This document shows, one piece after another, positions 11,698 through 23,496 of a stretch of 64,000 nucleotides of DNA (its first letter is position 1; each line of letters starts with the position of its first letter). Where the stretch lies: positions 124,001-188,000 of the forward strand of contig AP039708.1 in NCBI GenBank assembly GCA_051599415.1, read 5' to 3'. Both the position numbers and the translations under genes were made by a program. The notes under the pieces were generated by a model. The model searched no databases, was not told the origin of the DNA, and saw only the letters and a list, made by a program, of their open reading frames with translations. The DNA is from Savitreella phatthalungensis (lineage: Eukaryota).

Positions 11698-12987
11698 ATG
11701 GGCGCGTGCTCGTCGTGTCTTGCAAGTCAGACGGAGGTCGCGCTGCCTCAAGACAGTCCTGGTGGGAGTGAGACGCGGACGGTCGCTGTCCAAGCGGCGC
11801 CGACGTACCACGTCCGCCATGCGCGCAAGCACTCAGACCAATACCGTCGTGAGATGGCACAGCAGCTTGCGCGATCTCGAGAGATCGATCGGGACCTGCG
11901 GCGGAGTCAGCAAACGCTGGCTGCGCAAGTGAAGATACTTCTCCTAGGCGCAGGTGAAAGTGGCAAGACCACAGTCCTCAAACAGATGCGACTGATCCAC
12001 ACGTCCGGCTTCACAGCCAAAGAGCGAGCGCAGTGGCGAACGATCGTGTTTGCGAACGTAGTCCAGGCGATGCGAGACACCCTCCACGCCATGGACGCGC
12101 TCGAGCTCACCTTTGAGCGGGACGAGAACGACGAGCATGTGGACCTGATCTTGTCCGACCGCGAACTCGCATTCACCGAACCACTCCCGCCAGAGTACCT
12201 GCCGGCGCTCAGGAGCCTGTGGGAGGACGGTGGGGTGCAGGCGGGCGTGGCGATGGGCAACCAGTTCGCACTCCACGACAACTGCACGTACTTCTATAGC
12301 GCCCTAGACAGGATCTTCAGGGAATCATATCTCCCCACCGACCAGGACATCCTCAGATGCCGACTCAAGACCACAGGCATCCACGAGACCGTCTTCCACC
12401 TCAGAGACCTCACCTACCGGATGGTCGATGTCGGTGGCCAGCGGAGCGAGCGGAAGAAGTGGATCCACTGCTTCGAGGGCGTCACCAGCGTCCTGTTCCT
12501 CGCCAACGTCGCAGGGTACGACCAGGTGTTGGAGGAGGACAGGTCTGGCCTGCCTGAAAAGAACAACCAGATGCGCGAGGCGATCATGCTCTTTGACTCG
12601 ATCTGCAACTCACACTGGTTCGCCCAGTCAAGCATGATTGTCTTCCTCAACAAGATCGACCTCCTACGATCGAAGCTGCGCGCAAAAGGAGGCGTCTCCC
12701 ACGTGCGCGAGTACTTCCCAGAGTTTGTCACCACGGACGACGGCGGAGGGGATGACAAGCGCAGAGCAAGGCATTCGCTAGCACGCGACGCTCACAAGCT
12801 AGATGCAGATCTCCAAGCGACCCTCGCATTCTTCAAGCAGAAATTCGCAGGCACCAACAGGGATCCAGACGCCAAAAACGTCTACACACACTACACCAAC
12901 GCAACCGACACCAATCTACTCAGAAACGTCATGCTCAGCGTCACAGATACAATACTCCAGCGGAACTTGCAGGACCTCGACCTGTAG
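11698..12987 (+). CDS. gpa1: Heterotrimeric G-protein alpha subunit (Gpa1-like)
   Basis: MGACSSC acylation signal, GAGESGKTT P-loop, RLKTTG, DVGGQRSERKKWIHCF, NKID and TNATDT. Confidence 0.93.
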   Translation: MGACSSCLASQTEVALPQDSPGGSETRTVAVQAAPTYHVRHARKHSDQYRREMAQQLARSREIDRDLRRSQQTLAAQVKILLLGAGESGKTTVLKQMRLIHTSGFTAKERAQWRTIVFANVVQAMRDTLHAMDALELTFERDENDEHVDLILSDRELAFTEPLPPEYLPALRSLWEDGGVQAGVAMGNQFALHDNCTYFYSALDRIFRESYLPTDQDILRCRLKTTGIHETVFHLRDLTYRMVDVGGQRSERKKWIHCFEGVTSVLFLANVAGYDQVLEEDRSGLPEKNNQMREAIMLFDSICNSHWFAQSSMIVFLNKIDLLRSKLRAKGGVSHVREYFPEFVTTDDGGGDDKRRARHSLARDAHKLDADLQATLAFFKQKFAGTNRDPDAKNVYTHYTNATDTNLLRNVMLSVTDTILQRNLQDLDL

Positions 12988-13386
12988 CACTGGAGGCGTA
13001 CCCAAATCGACGCAGAGCATGAGGGGTGGAGAGTGTAAGGCAGAGTAGCTTGTTTACTGTAGCTGCATCTATCTAACTCGTGGTCGTATCCCAGGTGAGT
13101 TCACGTGTAAGGATCTTTTGGGATGTAATCTGTAAATGCACGTGATTCGAAGATAGCTTCGAAATTCTGTTTTCTCACGGACGAATGTTCACTCTAATCC
13201 AATATGCAGCAATTCCCCTCGCACCACACCCGCAGGAAATCTACACAGGGCATCGTACGAGGCACGTCCTCTCCATCCTCCTAGCCTGCTTCCTGACATC
13301 CTAGAAGATACTGTGCTGCAACGGAGATCAGTTTCTTTAGACGAAACCGCAAGGAATTAGATCGCAACACTTCAAAATCTCTAAAA

Positions 13387-13764
13387 ATGGCTCCTCAGAC
13401 TGCTAAGAAGGTCGCTCAGACGAAGAAGATCACGCTGGATGCTACGCAGCCTGTGGCCGACAAGATCTTCGACATTGCCGCGTTCGAGAAGTTCCTGAAC
13501 GACCGCGTCAAGGTTGACGGCCGCACGAACAACCTCGGGGATGTTGTCAAGATCTCGCGCGAGGGAGAGGGCAAGATTGTGCTTGTCGCTCACGGCCAGT
13601 TCTCCGGCAGATACCTGAAGTACCTGACGAAGAAGTTCCTGAAGAAGCACCAGCTCAGGGACTGGCTCCGAGTGGTCGCCACCGCAAAGCAGACCTACAC
13701 CCTCAAGTTCTACAACGTCCAGATGGATGGTGAGCAAGCCGACGAGGAGGCCGACGAGGAGTAA
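13387..13764 (+). CDS. RPL22: 60S ribosomal protein eL22
   Basis: FEKFLNDRVKVDGRTNNLG and FSGRYLKYLTKKFLKKHQLRDWLRVVA; acidic C-terminal tail. Confidence 0.96.
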   Translation: MAPQTAKKVAQTKKITLDATQPVADKIFDIAAFEKFLNDRVKVDGRTNNLGDVVKISREGEGKIVLVAHGQFSGRYLKYLTKKFLKKHQLRDWLRVVATAKQTYTLKFYNVQMDGEQADEEADEE

Positions 13765-15037
13765 ACCAAGAAAAGGAATCTCAAGAATCTTCATATGCTG
13801 AGCATGGGTTTAAAATCGCTCCGGGCTTTGCGCATATGTCTGTTTCTACACGACAAGACAGAAAGGTGACCTTTCGCAAATGCACAGGTGCATGAGTGAA
13901 GGCGCCGCTACAGCGTAGGTCTGATGCAATGATTGATCTCTCGACAACTCCCACCATACGGTCACCCGTCACGGACCCCTTGCCCTCATTCTCTTTTTGC
14001 CCCGCGTGCTTGCCCCCTGTCTCTGTGATGTGACTACGCGTGTGTGTGAGTCCTAAGGATCATCAATCGATGTCCTTGCACTTCCACTTCCTACCAAATC
14101 CCCCCTGTATTTACTTGAGGAAGCTTTCTATAGCTGTACAGATGAATCATGCAATTCGAGTATGATGCACGTGCGATATGGATCACGTCTGTACACGTGA
14201 TAAATGCTCCATCGAACTCAATCTCGATCATATATATGATACATCTATACCTGATACTTCCGATTGTGAACAGCTGAGCAGCGTCTACCAATCAAAAGAC
14301 TATACAAATCTCGTTTAACCAACTCCCGTTCATGTAGAATGAATGTTTGTATCTGACTTGCTGACTTTTGAATCTAAACCGACTCAAATACGAATTTCAT
14401 TCCCAAACGGATCATTTCGTCACCGCACAGCCTTTCTCAATTCAAATTCTGATTGGCTTTTGAAAGGGGAATATCCGAGCATATCCAGTATTCAAGCTGT
14501 GTTACCCTTGCACAGAAACAAATTTCCCTTTTACACGAGTAAGCTTCAGTACAGAGGATCTAGCGTAGAAGGATCTAGCGTAGAAGGATCCCTGGGTGTA
14601 TTGTAATGTATCAATAGAGTTCTATCATTGATGTATACGCTTTACACGCTCTCCCACAAAACGATGTCATCCGTCCATCCTTTCTAAGCTCGGTTGAAGC
14701 CCCTCAGCACTGGACACTCACTCACTGTCACCAGAGTCTTTGCACAGACACACTAACACACACACACACGCACTCCTACTCTCACAGACACAATTACACA
14801 CATACGTACGCATCCTCTCCAAACAATTTCTCCTGACACAAACCCCCGCCTACATCATCTCTCTCCCTCTAAACTATTCTGTCGACCTGCCGCTAGTCCA
14901 GAGTTCACTCCCACAGAGTCACTCCCACAGAGTCACCAGAATCTGACTCTCCTTTCTCCCTCATCCCTTTTTACTTTTCATCTTCCTGTAAACCCCCTTC
15001 CTACACATTAGCCTGCCCACCCCATCACTACACAGCC

Positions 15038-16018
15038 ATGGACAAGTCCAAGTTGCCGCCAAAGAAGATCCCGACGCGATCAGCAACAATCGACGATCAT
15101 GTCAACACCAAGCGTGAAATTCTCATCTTCTCCGACTTTGACGGGACGATCGCACTCCAAGACACCGGCCACCTGCTCTTTGACAAGCACGGATGCGGAC
15201 CTGAGCGGAGACAGGCGCTCGATGACCAGATCCACTCTGGCGAACGGTCCTTCCGCGAGGTCTCCGAGGAGATGTGGGGATCCCTGAACGTCGGCTTTGA
15301 CGACGGATTCGAGGTCATGAAGGAGAAGCTCGTCTTTGACCCTGATTTCCGTGACTTCCACCTCTTCTGCGTCCGCAACAGTATCCCATTCAACGTCATC
15401 TCCGCAGGCCTGAAGCCACTCCTCCGGGCGGTGCTGGAGAACCACCTGGGCGCAGACGCAGCCCACATCGACATCATCTCAAACGACATGCGGATGGGTC
15501 CCGATGGAAAGACGTGGGAGGTCGTATGGCGTGACGACACACCACTCGGTCACGACAAGGCGGCCTCCATCCAGGCCTTCAAGGGCGACAGTGCAATTCT
15601 CGACGAAGGAGAACTCCCGCCGCTGATTGTCTTCATCGGTGACGGCGTGTCCGATCTACCAGCCGCTCGGGAGGCTGACATCCTGTTTGCCCGACGCGGT
15701 CTCCGCCTCGAGGAGTACTGTATCGAGAACAAGATCCCATACATTCCCTTTGACTCGTTTGCGAGCATCAAGAAGGAGATCCAGCGACTGGCGGCAGAGG
15801 ACAAGAAGGCAGAAGAGGAGACAGGTGTGCCAAAGTTCTTCAACCCACGTGCAAACTTCTGGCGGAGGGCATCGTCAAAGGGCGCTCAAGACGGCGCAGT
15901 CACACTCGCATCCATGAAGGAAGCCATGAAATCCACATCATCACTCCACTCTGGAGCCAAGACACCAACGGCAGAACCAGTCTCAGACCCACTTCACACC
16001 GTCGGCGTCCAAAGCTGA
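15038..16018 (+). CDS. HAD-superfamily phosphatase (MtnX/PHOSPHO2-like; yeast YNL010W/PYP1-like)
   Basis: Motif I FSDFDGTI, motif II VISAG, HDK lysine, motif IV FIGDGVSDLPAA. Confidence 0.88.
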   Translation: MDKSKLPPKKIPTRSATIDDHVNTKREILIFSDFDGTIALQDTGHLLFDKHGCGPERRQALDDQIHSGERSFREVSEEMWGSLNVGFDDGFEVMKEKLVFDPDFRDFHLFCVRNSIPFNVISAGLKPLLRAVLENHLGADAAHIDIISNDMRMGPDGKTWEVVWRDDTPLGHDKAASIQAFKGDSAILDEGELPPLIVFIGDGVSDLPAAREADILFARRGLRLEEYCIENKIPYIPFDSFASIKKEIQRLAAEDKKAEEETGVPKFFNPRANFWRRASSKGAQDGAVTLASMKEAMKSTSSLHSGAKTPTAEPVSDPLHTVGVQS

Positions 16019-16492
16019 AGTCTCTCGAAGGAAGAACTAAAAGGAGATGCAGTAGCAGAAGCAAAAAAGCAGAACAACACAAGCAAGCACTAGCGATCGA
16101 GCAATTCAATCCTTTGTAGACGTACTCGTGAGCAATGAAAGACAGACTTGACCTGTGAATGTACCAGTGCTGTAGCTGTATGGACCTGTGATACGGATTC
16201 CACCTGTGAGCTTCTCCCCTGTCACAAAATTTCCTTGTCTAGCCACGCACGCACGGATGTATATGCACGCACGTACGCACGCACGGGAAATATGGATGCA
16301 CGAGACATGGATTAATTTCTGCACTGAAGAAGATAGCAAAGCGGACGACAACCGCACAGGGGACGCGCACATCAGTAGAGCAGCTCCTTCTACTGCCCTC
16401 TCTTAACACATTCTCTCTCAAAAAGTCCAGGAGAAGCTCTTCCAATCGGAGTAACATCGCTGCTGGACCCAAGTCTTTTCATTCTAGCATTC

Positions 16493-17467
16493 ATGCTCCT
16501 GCGGATCCTGCGACCGTACGGCAATGCTTCCGCGAGAATCACCTCATCTGCTCGAGTAACCAATGTACTAACATCAACAACAACAACGAGCCATCCGACA
16601 TGTCTACTCCAGACAGCTCGTCCTCTATCATGTGGAGCGCGTCGAATGTCTTCTAGTTCATCGTCCCGGTCGGCTGGTCCAGGGAACGCGGATGGGGATG
16701 CGGAAGCAGTCAAACTCGGAGACTCAAAACGTCCATGTCCGTCCCGCAGATCGGCCATTGCAACGACGTCCACCACGACAGACAAGGATCTAGCGATACC
16801 AAGCGGGAAAACCACACGGCCGGTCGACCGGGCGCCATCGACTGAGGGCATCTCACCGCAGGACGTCGCAGTGTCGCGATTCATGACACGACACGGTCCT
16901 CTCGAAGTCGCAAACCGGTTGCTCGGGAAGCTGAAGGTCGGGGTGGATGAGACGCGGACGGAGACGACTACAGGGTCGCACAAGCGCGACACGCTGATCG
17001 AGACGGTGGTGTGGCAGAGCGCGACAGGGTCAGAGTACGAGCTGGCGAAGATCCCTCGGTCTGCAGCGCAGGATGTCAAACGGAGCTGCAGCGTGCGCCC
17101 ACCGACGACGAGCGAGTTGCTGTGGCCCGAGGGGGAGGCCGGTGAGAGCGAAGGTGAGAGTGTGTCTGGAGCGGATACGACCACGGCTGCCACGGCGAAC
17201 CCGGTCGTGGGCGCGTTCGAGGACGCAAGGGTCGTCGTCGTACCTTTCCCAGGAGGCAACCCAGGAGGCCTCAACTCAGGCATCAACGCGACCCAGCAAC
17301 TGTTCCAGAACCTCATGGACGCAGTCCAGCTAGGACTCTCACAAGTAGAATCGATCGAGTACGACATGACATCCACAAAGAGAAAGAGAAGGCTCAAGAT
17401 GAACAAGCACAAGCAGCGTGTCAAGCGTCGTCGAGAAGCAGCACTCAGAAAGCGACTTGGAAAGTAG
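16493..17467 (+). CDS. COX24: Mitochondrial ribosomal protein mS38 / Cox24-like (C-terminal DUF1713)
   Basis: Arg/Ser-rich mitochondrial-type presequence. C-terminal TSTKRKRRLKMNKHKQRVKRRREAALRKRLGK matches the DUF1713 signature. Confidence 0.8.
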   Translation: MLLRILRPYGNASARITSSARVTNVLTSTTTTSHPTCLLQTARPLSCGARRMSSSSSSRSAGPGNADGDAEAVKLGDSKRPCPSRRSAIATTSTTTDKDLAIPSGKTTRPVDRAPSTEGISPQDVAVSRFMTRHGPLEVANRLLGKLKVGVDETRTETTTGSHKRDTLIETVVWQSATGSEYELAKIPRSAAQDVKRSCSVRPPTTSELLWPEGEAGESEGESVSGADTTTAATANPVVGAFEDARVVVVPFPGGNPGGLNSGINATQQLFQNLMDAVQLGLSQVESIEYDMTSTKRKRRLKMNKHKQRVKRRREAALRKRLGK

Positions 17468-18197
17468 ACTTTGAGCGCCATCAAGCACTCTACCTCTGCT
17501 GAAGACTTCCCTTCGACCTTTGGGCCTGCATCTAGAGAAGGACTAGAGCTAGGACTATAATCACATGCATTAACTCACGCTCTCCTTCTCTCTTGGAAGC
17601 TGGAGACCCATGTAGGTGAGGTGTGTGGGTGTGTAGAGAGTGAAAGGATCGACGTCGATCTGGTGGTGGGTAGAAAGATCTGATCGATTGCGCCATACCC
17701 GTGGCAGATTTCCTCTTTTACAGTCTACTGAAGTCCTCGCACAAGGCTTTGAATAAAATTTGAATAAATCCGGGGAATCGCACAAAGCAAATTTAATCAA
17801 CTCGAATCAAATCAATATTCAATCAGAAGTGGCCAATTGACAATCATCCCTCATCCATCAGCAAGCTGTCCTCGGCAGTCAACATCAACCCTGCTCCTTC
17901 AATCTTCCGTAGATCCTATCCAGTAACAAGTCTTCTCGCGCACACCATCCCGAAGCATGGCCCTGTCATCCTCCGCCTCCGATCAATCACCTGTCCACAC
18001 TCGCACGTCTTGCAAGTCGATCGCGCCATCCTCACACTCACCTCCAGAATCCTTCTGAGCTTAGTGCAAGTGACCTTGTGCCGTGCAATCATCTCCAACT
18101 CTTGCGTGCTCATCCTTTCTCCTCCTGCCTGTCAGACGTGAGTATGTAGTATATATCACGAGGTCGTTGTCCTTCAGTGGTACAACCTTCACCAAAC

Positions 18198-19205
18198 ATG
18201 TCCGCCAACAATAATCCCCCGGTTGATGGATCCGCTGCTCGGTCCGATTACGCCGTGACCCTGAACAACTCTCACCGGCCGTCGCTACCTGACGAGAAGT
18301 TTGCAAACTCCGGCGTTGCACCTGCGCCACCGACCTCAGCTCCCCTGAACGATGCAGGCGCTGCCGCGTACGCGTCCTCGGAGGAGAGTGGCAATGGCAA
18401 GGCCGGTGGCCAACCAGCCCAAAGAACCCACTACGACCGCCGTCCATCAGAACGAACATTCCAAGACCTTACTGGAAACTTCCCGATCCCGTACATCGTC
18501 CGCCCCCGCCGTGGACCACGCCGATCACCAGGCAACCCATCGTCGCTGGCGTTATTCACGTTCGCCATCACGCTAGGATCGCTCGGTGTGATCCTGCTAG
18601 ACGGCGGAATCGCGAAGAACAACAACATCGTCGGACTTTCGTTCTTCGGTGGCGGTTTCACGCTGTGGGTGATGGCATTGCTGGAGCTGCTGCAGGGCAA
18701 CACGTACGGAGCGACGGTGCTCGGTGGCTTCTCCGTGTTCTACCTCGCATTCTCTGCGACGATCATCCCGTGGTTCGGCGCGACGTCCGCGTACGACGCC
18801 ACAAACTACTCGTCCTCGTCCGGCGTCACCCAGGCGGACCTCGACAGGCAGTCGTCCAGGGTGCTGGGAATCTGGTACTTTGCCTACGGCGTCTTCGACA
18901 CCATCGTCTGGCTACCCACCTGGAGAATCTCAGTCGTCTTCAACTTCATCATCGGCATCCTCATCCCCTGCTTCTTCGCACTCTCCATCGGTCAATTCAT
19001 CCAGGACCCAACCCAGCGAGAACACTGGAACAAGGCAGGCGGCGCATTCGCCGTTGCTTCAGCAGTCGCAGGATTCTACGCAGGCGCAGCAGCCATCTGG
19101 AACAAGGATTCAGTCGGTTTCAACGTCCCAGTCGGTGAATACGTCAGGAAGGACAAACCTACCACAGACGTCGATGACGAAGAGTACGTCGTCGAGAGGA
19201 ACTAG
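18198..19205 (+). CDS. GPR1/FUN34/YaaH (Ady2/Ato) acetate/ammonia transporter family
   Basis: GNPSSLALFTFAIT (variant of the NPAPLGL motif), FFGGG, GNTYGATVLGGFSVFY; about six TM helices. ATG at 18198. Confidence 0.85.
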   Translation: MSANNNPPVDGSAARSDYAVTLNNSHRPSLPDEKFANSGVAPAPPTSAPLNDAGAAAYASSEESGNGKAGGQPAQRTHYDRRPSERTFQDLTGNFPIPYIVRPRRGPRRSPGNPSSLALFTFAITLGSLGVILLDGGIAKNNNIVGLSFFGGGFTLWVMALLELLQGNTYGATVLGGFSVFYLAFSATIIPWFGATSAYDATNYSSSSGVTQADLDRQSSRVLGIWYFAYGVFDTIVWLPTWRISVVFNFIIGILIPCFFALSIGQFIQDPTQREHWNKAGGAFAVASAVAGFYAGAAAIWNKDSVGFNVPVGEYVRKDKPTTDVDDEEYVVERN

Positions 19206-19523
19206 GTCAATCGGTCGAATATCGAAATCCCGTCACCTCGCATTTCCTCTTCTCTTGTTCATAGCTTACATGTAACGACGTCGTATCTCGCCGTTCACGG
19301 ACACGTACACGTAGACGTAGACGTAGATTATGGAAGAGCCGTACATCGTTCCTTCATGGTCACACTTTGCTTCACAGTGCCACGCCACAGAATTTGAAAT
19401 TCACGTGCAAATCCAAATATAGGCCAAGCGACGATCAGCGACAATCAATCGTCATCCTCGTCCTCATCTTCATCGTCAAAAGTCATCTTCACAGAGCAAG
19501 TCAGTCTGTAAGGAGTGGTACGG

Positions 19524-19947
19524 ATGTCGGCGCAGAGCACAGCGTCGATTCAGACGCTTCTGGAAGCCGAGCGCGAAGCTTCTGGCATCGTCGAGAAGGC
19601 AAGAGCGTACCGGGCACAGCGTGTCAAGGACGCTCGCTCGCAGGCGACCAAGGAGGTCGACGCCTACAAGGCAGAGAAGGAGAAGGCCTTTAAGGAGTAC
19701 GAGGAAAAGGTAAGCGCACACAATCCTCTGTGAAAGAAGCTGGATGGTAAGACTGACAGTTGGGGCGATCTAGAACTCTGGCAATAACGAAGATATCGAG
19801 AAGCAGGCAGAGAAGGACGTCGAGCAGACCCTGAAAGACATTGACGCCGCGCACAAGGAAGGAAAGAAGGCGATCGTTGATGGACTCTTGAAATCGCTCG
19901 TCAAGGCAGATCCAGAGATGCACCCAAATGCTGTCAAGGTTAAGTAA
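19524..19947 (+). CDS. VMA10: V-ATPase subunit G; two exons (19524-19709, 19774-19947)
   Basis: Exon 1 reads MSAQSTASIQTLLEAEREASGIVEKARAYRAQRVKDAR. The 64-nt intron has GTAAGC, a GACTGAC branch site and TAG. Exon 2 continues in frame NSGNNEDIEKQAEKDVE...PEMHPNAVKVK*. Confidence 0.92.
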
Positions 19948-19976
19948 ATTCCTACTACCTGCATCCTTCCCCCACC

Positions 19977-20762
19977 TCAGTCATCCTCAATCTTAATCAA
20001 CTCGGGCTTCTCATTCTCATCATCGTCCTCGTCAGCTCCAGCACCCACAGTGGCCCCGCGAGTACCAGAGCCACCAGCGCGATCGAGCTCCCTAGCGTAC
20101 AGCCGTTTCCACTGACGGACGAGCGCATCGTACGGACTCTTGTCTGTCGCCAGTCTACGCATCTTTGCCTTTGTGCTGTCTGGAATATCTCTGTCGTCGA
20201 CGTCGCTATTGCCGATATCGTCAACCTCGCGCTTGAGTCTGTGTGGTCGCGGAGCATCTGTCCGGGTGTGGGTGTGTGTCTCGTCTTCTTTGTCGTCGTC
20301 ATCGTCATCGTCGTGTGCGTGGTCGCGAACGAGATTCAGCTGCTTCGCTCTTGCAATCCGCTGCAGTCTCTCTCGCTCGCGCTGTCTGGCAGCATCATCT
20401 TCATCCGTGCCCTGCACCGCATCCCCATCAGCAACCTGGCCGACCTCCGGACCTTCCTCCTCTGCCGTCCCAATCAACCTCGCACAACGTCGCTCTCTCA
20501 CGGCTCGCGCCTTGCACCAGTTGGCGACCTTGCGCAGGAAGGCCGCCCTCAACTGTGCCTGCGTCAGCTCACGAGGCATCTTCCCGCGACTGTCCCTGAA
20601 CAGCACATCAAACACAGCACCAGCAGCCCCAGCCGGCAAACCCACACCTACACCGGCAACAACCATCGTCCCCCGCGCCAGAACCTCGTCCAGCAGCAGC
20701 GACTGAGCCTCCGCCCACAGTGCAGCGTCAGGAAATCGAGGTGCCATCCGCCGCGCGCTCAC
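19977..20762 (-). CDS. Hypothetical protein (5' end uncertain)
   Basis: 261-codon frame with acidic and coiled-coil stretches, convergent with VMA10. The start may be an internal ATG or an upstream exon. Confidence 0.55.
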   Translation of the reverse strand: MSARRMAPRFPDAALWAEAQSLLLDEVLARGTMVVAGVGVGLPAGAAGAVFDVLFRDSRGKMPRELTQAQLRAAFLRKVANWCKARAVRERRCARLIGTAEEEGPEVGQVADGDAVQGTDEDDAARQRERERLQRIARAKQLNLVRDHAHDDDDDDDKEDETHTHTRTDAPRPHRLKREVDDIGNSDVDDRDIPDSTKAKMRRLATDKSPYDALVRQWKRLYARELDRAGGSGTRGATVGAGADEDDDENEKPELIKIEDD

Positions 20763-21312
20763 AAGTACACTCGCAAGCAGGCTATTTGTGAGTTTCTGTA
20801 GTCATGGTATGACATAGATACAAGCACACAAAGATGACACGCGACATGGGTCACACGGGGCGATCGAGCACGCGTCATTCGCAACGTCGACGAGATGGAG
20901 CAGATCAAGCAGGGACAAGACATGAAGGAGGAAGAGAGAAGGCCCAATCAATGATGTGGATGTCTGTGAGTAGGAGATGACTTTGAGAGGATGTTTGAAT
21001 GTGCTTGGTGTTGAGGGTGAAGGGTGAAGGCTGAAGTGGATGATGGAAAGTGGGTGCATGTACGCGTGAAGGACGCGTCTGAAACAAAAATGCAATTCAT
21101 TCTCAAATGCACAAACTCCCAAACGACGCGTCAGACAGCCACCCACCTACATCTACACCCACACCTACACCTACATCCTCATCCTTCATCTCTCCGTCGC
21201 AGTCACATCAGAGTCTAGCGTCTACAAAGAGTCACAACTCGTTCATTCTCTTCTTGACTACCCTTTCAGGCTCATTTCTTTCATAGTCTTCTTGAACCAG
21301 GGTCACCCACAG

Positions 21313-22512
21313 ATGGCACGCACAAAGCACAGCGTCCGTCACACTACCAAGTCAACTACGCATCACGGTACTTCTGGTGCTATGACAGGTCATGCACACG
21401 CTCTAGCACCACGCAAACCAGCTGGACCGCTTCTACCATCCCAGCGCGCCACTAACAATGCCATTGCCGTCAAGAGGCCAACCGCTGAGGAGTCCGACGA
21501 TGAAGTCATCGATCTTACTCACAGACTCCCAATCGCTCAACTCCGTCATCTCGACGGCAACAGTCCAACTGTCGGGGCTGACCTCCGTCGTCTCCGTCGT
21601 CAGCTAGCACAAAAGCAGGTGATCCAAGATCAGCTTGAGAAGAGACTCGCGGTGGCAGATGCCAGGATCAAAGCGGCAGACAACATTATCAAAATCGAGA
21701 CTGAAGCTCTCGCTGAAGCCGAGGCTGAGGATGATGACCAGGCAGCTATCGATCTCCGGAAGCCGCTAACCACCAGGCAACTAGCGGCTACCGACCATGA
21801 GAACTCACCGTGTGCTCGCAAGCGTGTCCGACTCGATACCACGCTCGTTCTCCCTGCACCGCAGCCTTCCTCGCCCACGCCCGCACAGAGACAGTCGCCA
21901 GTCAAACGTGCCGCGCGACCTGTCCAGACGGTGACGGAGTTGCCAGGCCAAGGGTTCCGCAGAGCTGTTCGCCTATCGGAAGCGATCAAGACACCGAAGC
22001 GGACTCGCCGGTCGAAATCACGTCGGGGCGGGAGACACGTGCAGCAGCACGAGGAGAGAATCGAGACTTCAGACATCACCACACCCTGGGAGTGCGAGCG
22101 TGACGCAGAGACAGGCAGCATCACCTCACTCAGGAAGAGCTCGTCCTTCAGCCAAGGTGCCCTGGACGTTCATCCTGCACTCAGGATCGAGACTCTGCCA
22201 GGTGGAGCACTCCGGATGGTCAGCGGCAAGGGGCAGCCTTCGCCAGTCAAGCGTGCCCAGCAGCCCTTGCAAGCAGGCTCACCAGAGACCGTAGAGATCC
22301 GGCTAGGTTCGTCACCACCGTGGTCAAGATCCCCCCTTGACGCAGACGAGGGCGTCCATCTCGATCTCCACGAACAGGCGTACCTTGGGCTACGGCACCT
22401 CTCGCCAGACCACCGCTTCGGCAGCGACACCGTCCTAAAGCATAAACCTCAGCCTACCACAGTCCCAGACAATGCACCGGACTCTGGCTTCTTCTCCTCC
22501 GAAGCCTACTAG
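21313..22512 (+). CDS. Hypothetical protein with histone H3-like N-terminal tail and coiled coil
   Basis: ATG at 21313 gives MARTKHSVRHTTKSTT...LAPRKP, then a coiled coil (LRRLRRQLAQKQVIQDQLEKRL) and many S/T-P sites. No histone fold seen. Confidence 0.7.
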   Translation: MARTKHSVRHTTKSTTHHGTSGAMTGHAHALAPRKPAGPLLPSQRATNNAIAVKRPTAEESDDEVIDLTHRLPIAQLRHLDGNSPTVGADLRRLRRQLAQKQVIQDQLEKRLAVADARIKAADNIIKIETEALAEAEAEDDDQAAIDLRKPLTTRQLAATDHENSPCARKRVRLDTTLVLPAPQPSSPTPAQRQSPVKRAARPVQTVTELPGQGFRRAVRLSEAIKTPKRTRRSKSRRGGRHVQQHEERIETSDITTPWECERDAETGSITSLRKSSSFSQGALDVHPALRIETLPGGALRMVSGKGQPSPVKRAQQPLQAGSPETVEIRLGSSPPWSRSPLDADEGVHLDLHEQAYLGLRHLSPDHRFGSDTVLKHKPQPTTVPDNAPDSGFFSSEAY

Positions 22513-23496
22513 TGTGGGTCTCTCAAACTGTTTACTTGTACAATAGTCACAATGATCAACGAATTGGATTCTCTGGATGAAAGACAAAGCCGCCTGCTCA
22601 TGTCATGGACATATTCTGACGTGGTTGACTGGCAGACGACGATGATCACACACGTGTAAGCGAGACTAGGAGCAATCGCAAGGGCAAGAGCAAGAGCAAG
22701 AGCAAGAGCAACAGGGTTCCATCGGAGACGTAACCGCTTTCAATCAGACACATTCCCGTTTCTCATTGTACCGAGTGTCCAATCAAGACCCAACCGTTTT
22801 TTCATCATTGTCTCTTCAAACCTTAGCTCTGGAACACCTGAACAGCGTACTCACTCACTTTCGCCTCTTGAGACTCCAGAGCAATGGGCTTTGACGATTG
22901 ACGCAATTCAACCTATCGAGAGTGTCATTCCTCGAATTCTATCTGACACTACTCCAGCAGATATATGTGTGACCCCGAATTGACCATTCCAGATACAGCG
23001 TGCACAAAGAACGCTGAAAGATCTAAAAAAAGTCCTCATGAACTGACCTCGCCTGAGCTTGATGATCGTCCAATACGCCCACCTGCCGCCTGCCGGCTGC
23101 CGTTGACTTCCAGCGCCCATCCTGTGGTGCAGTGGCTCGAATTTGATTGAAGCAGCAGATCTGATCATCCATTATCACCGTCATCAGCCTGATAGATCAT
23201 TCCTTAGAAGCAAATGTCCTTCTTGGACCCCAACATCCACATCGGCCTAGACGTTCATTGTTAGATCTCTATTGCCGCCACTGCCGCCGCCGCCGCCGCA
23301 ATAGCAGCAGTACTAGCAGCAGCACCAGCAGTAGTAGCATACACCCCCACGCCAGCTATTCTGCACGTCAGCGGTCGATCGGCCCTTTTGCCATCCCATC
23401 ACCTGTTGCCTCCCTCAGTAACCACCCCGTACGACTATATAGAGTCTGTACCACCTTCGACACCTTGTACAACGTTACACACACATAACAAACATC

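Noticed and set aside
16390..17484. 364-aa antisense ORF, and similar long antisense or alternate-frame ORFs (2305-3066, 34876-35907, 35871-36839)
   Set aside because: These are shadows of real genes in GC-rich coding DNA, with no independent domain signal.
18138..18177. Possible 40-nt 5'-UTR intron (GTGAGT...TTCAG) before the Ady2-like gene
   Set aside because: No clear branch site and non-coding, so it cannot be verified without transcripts.
21313..22512. CENP-A / histone H3 variant
   Set aside because: Only the tail resembles H3; no histone-fold sequence follows.
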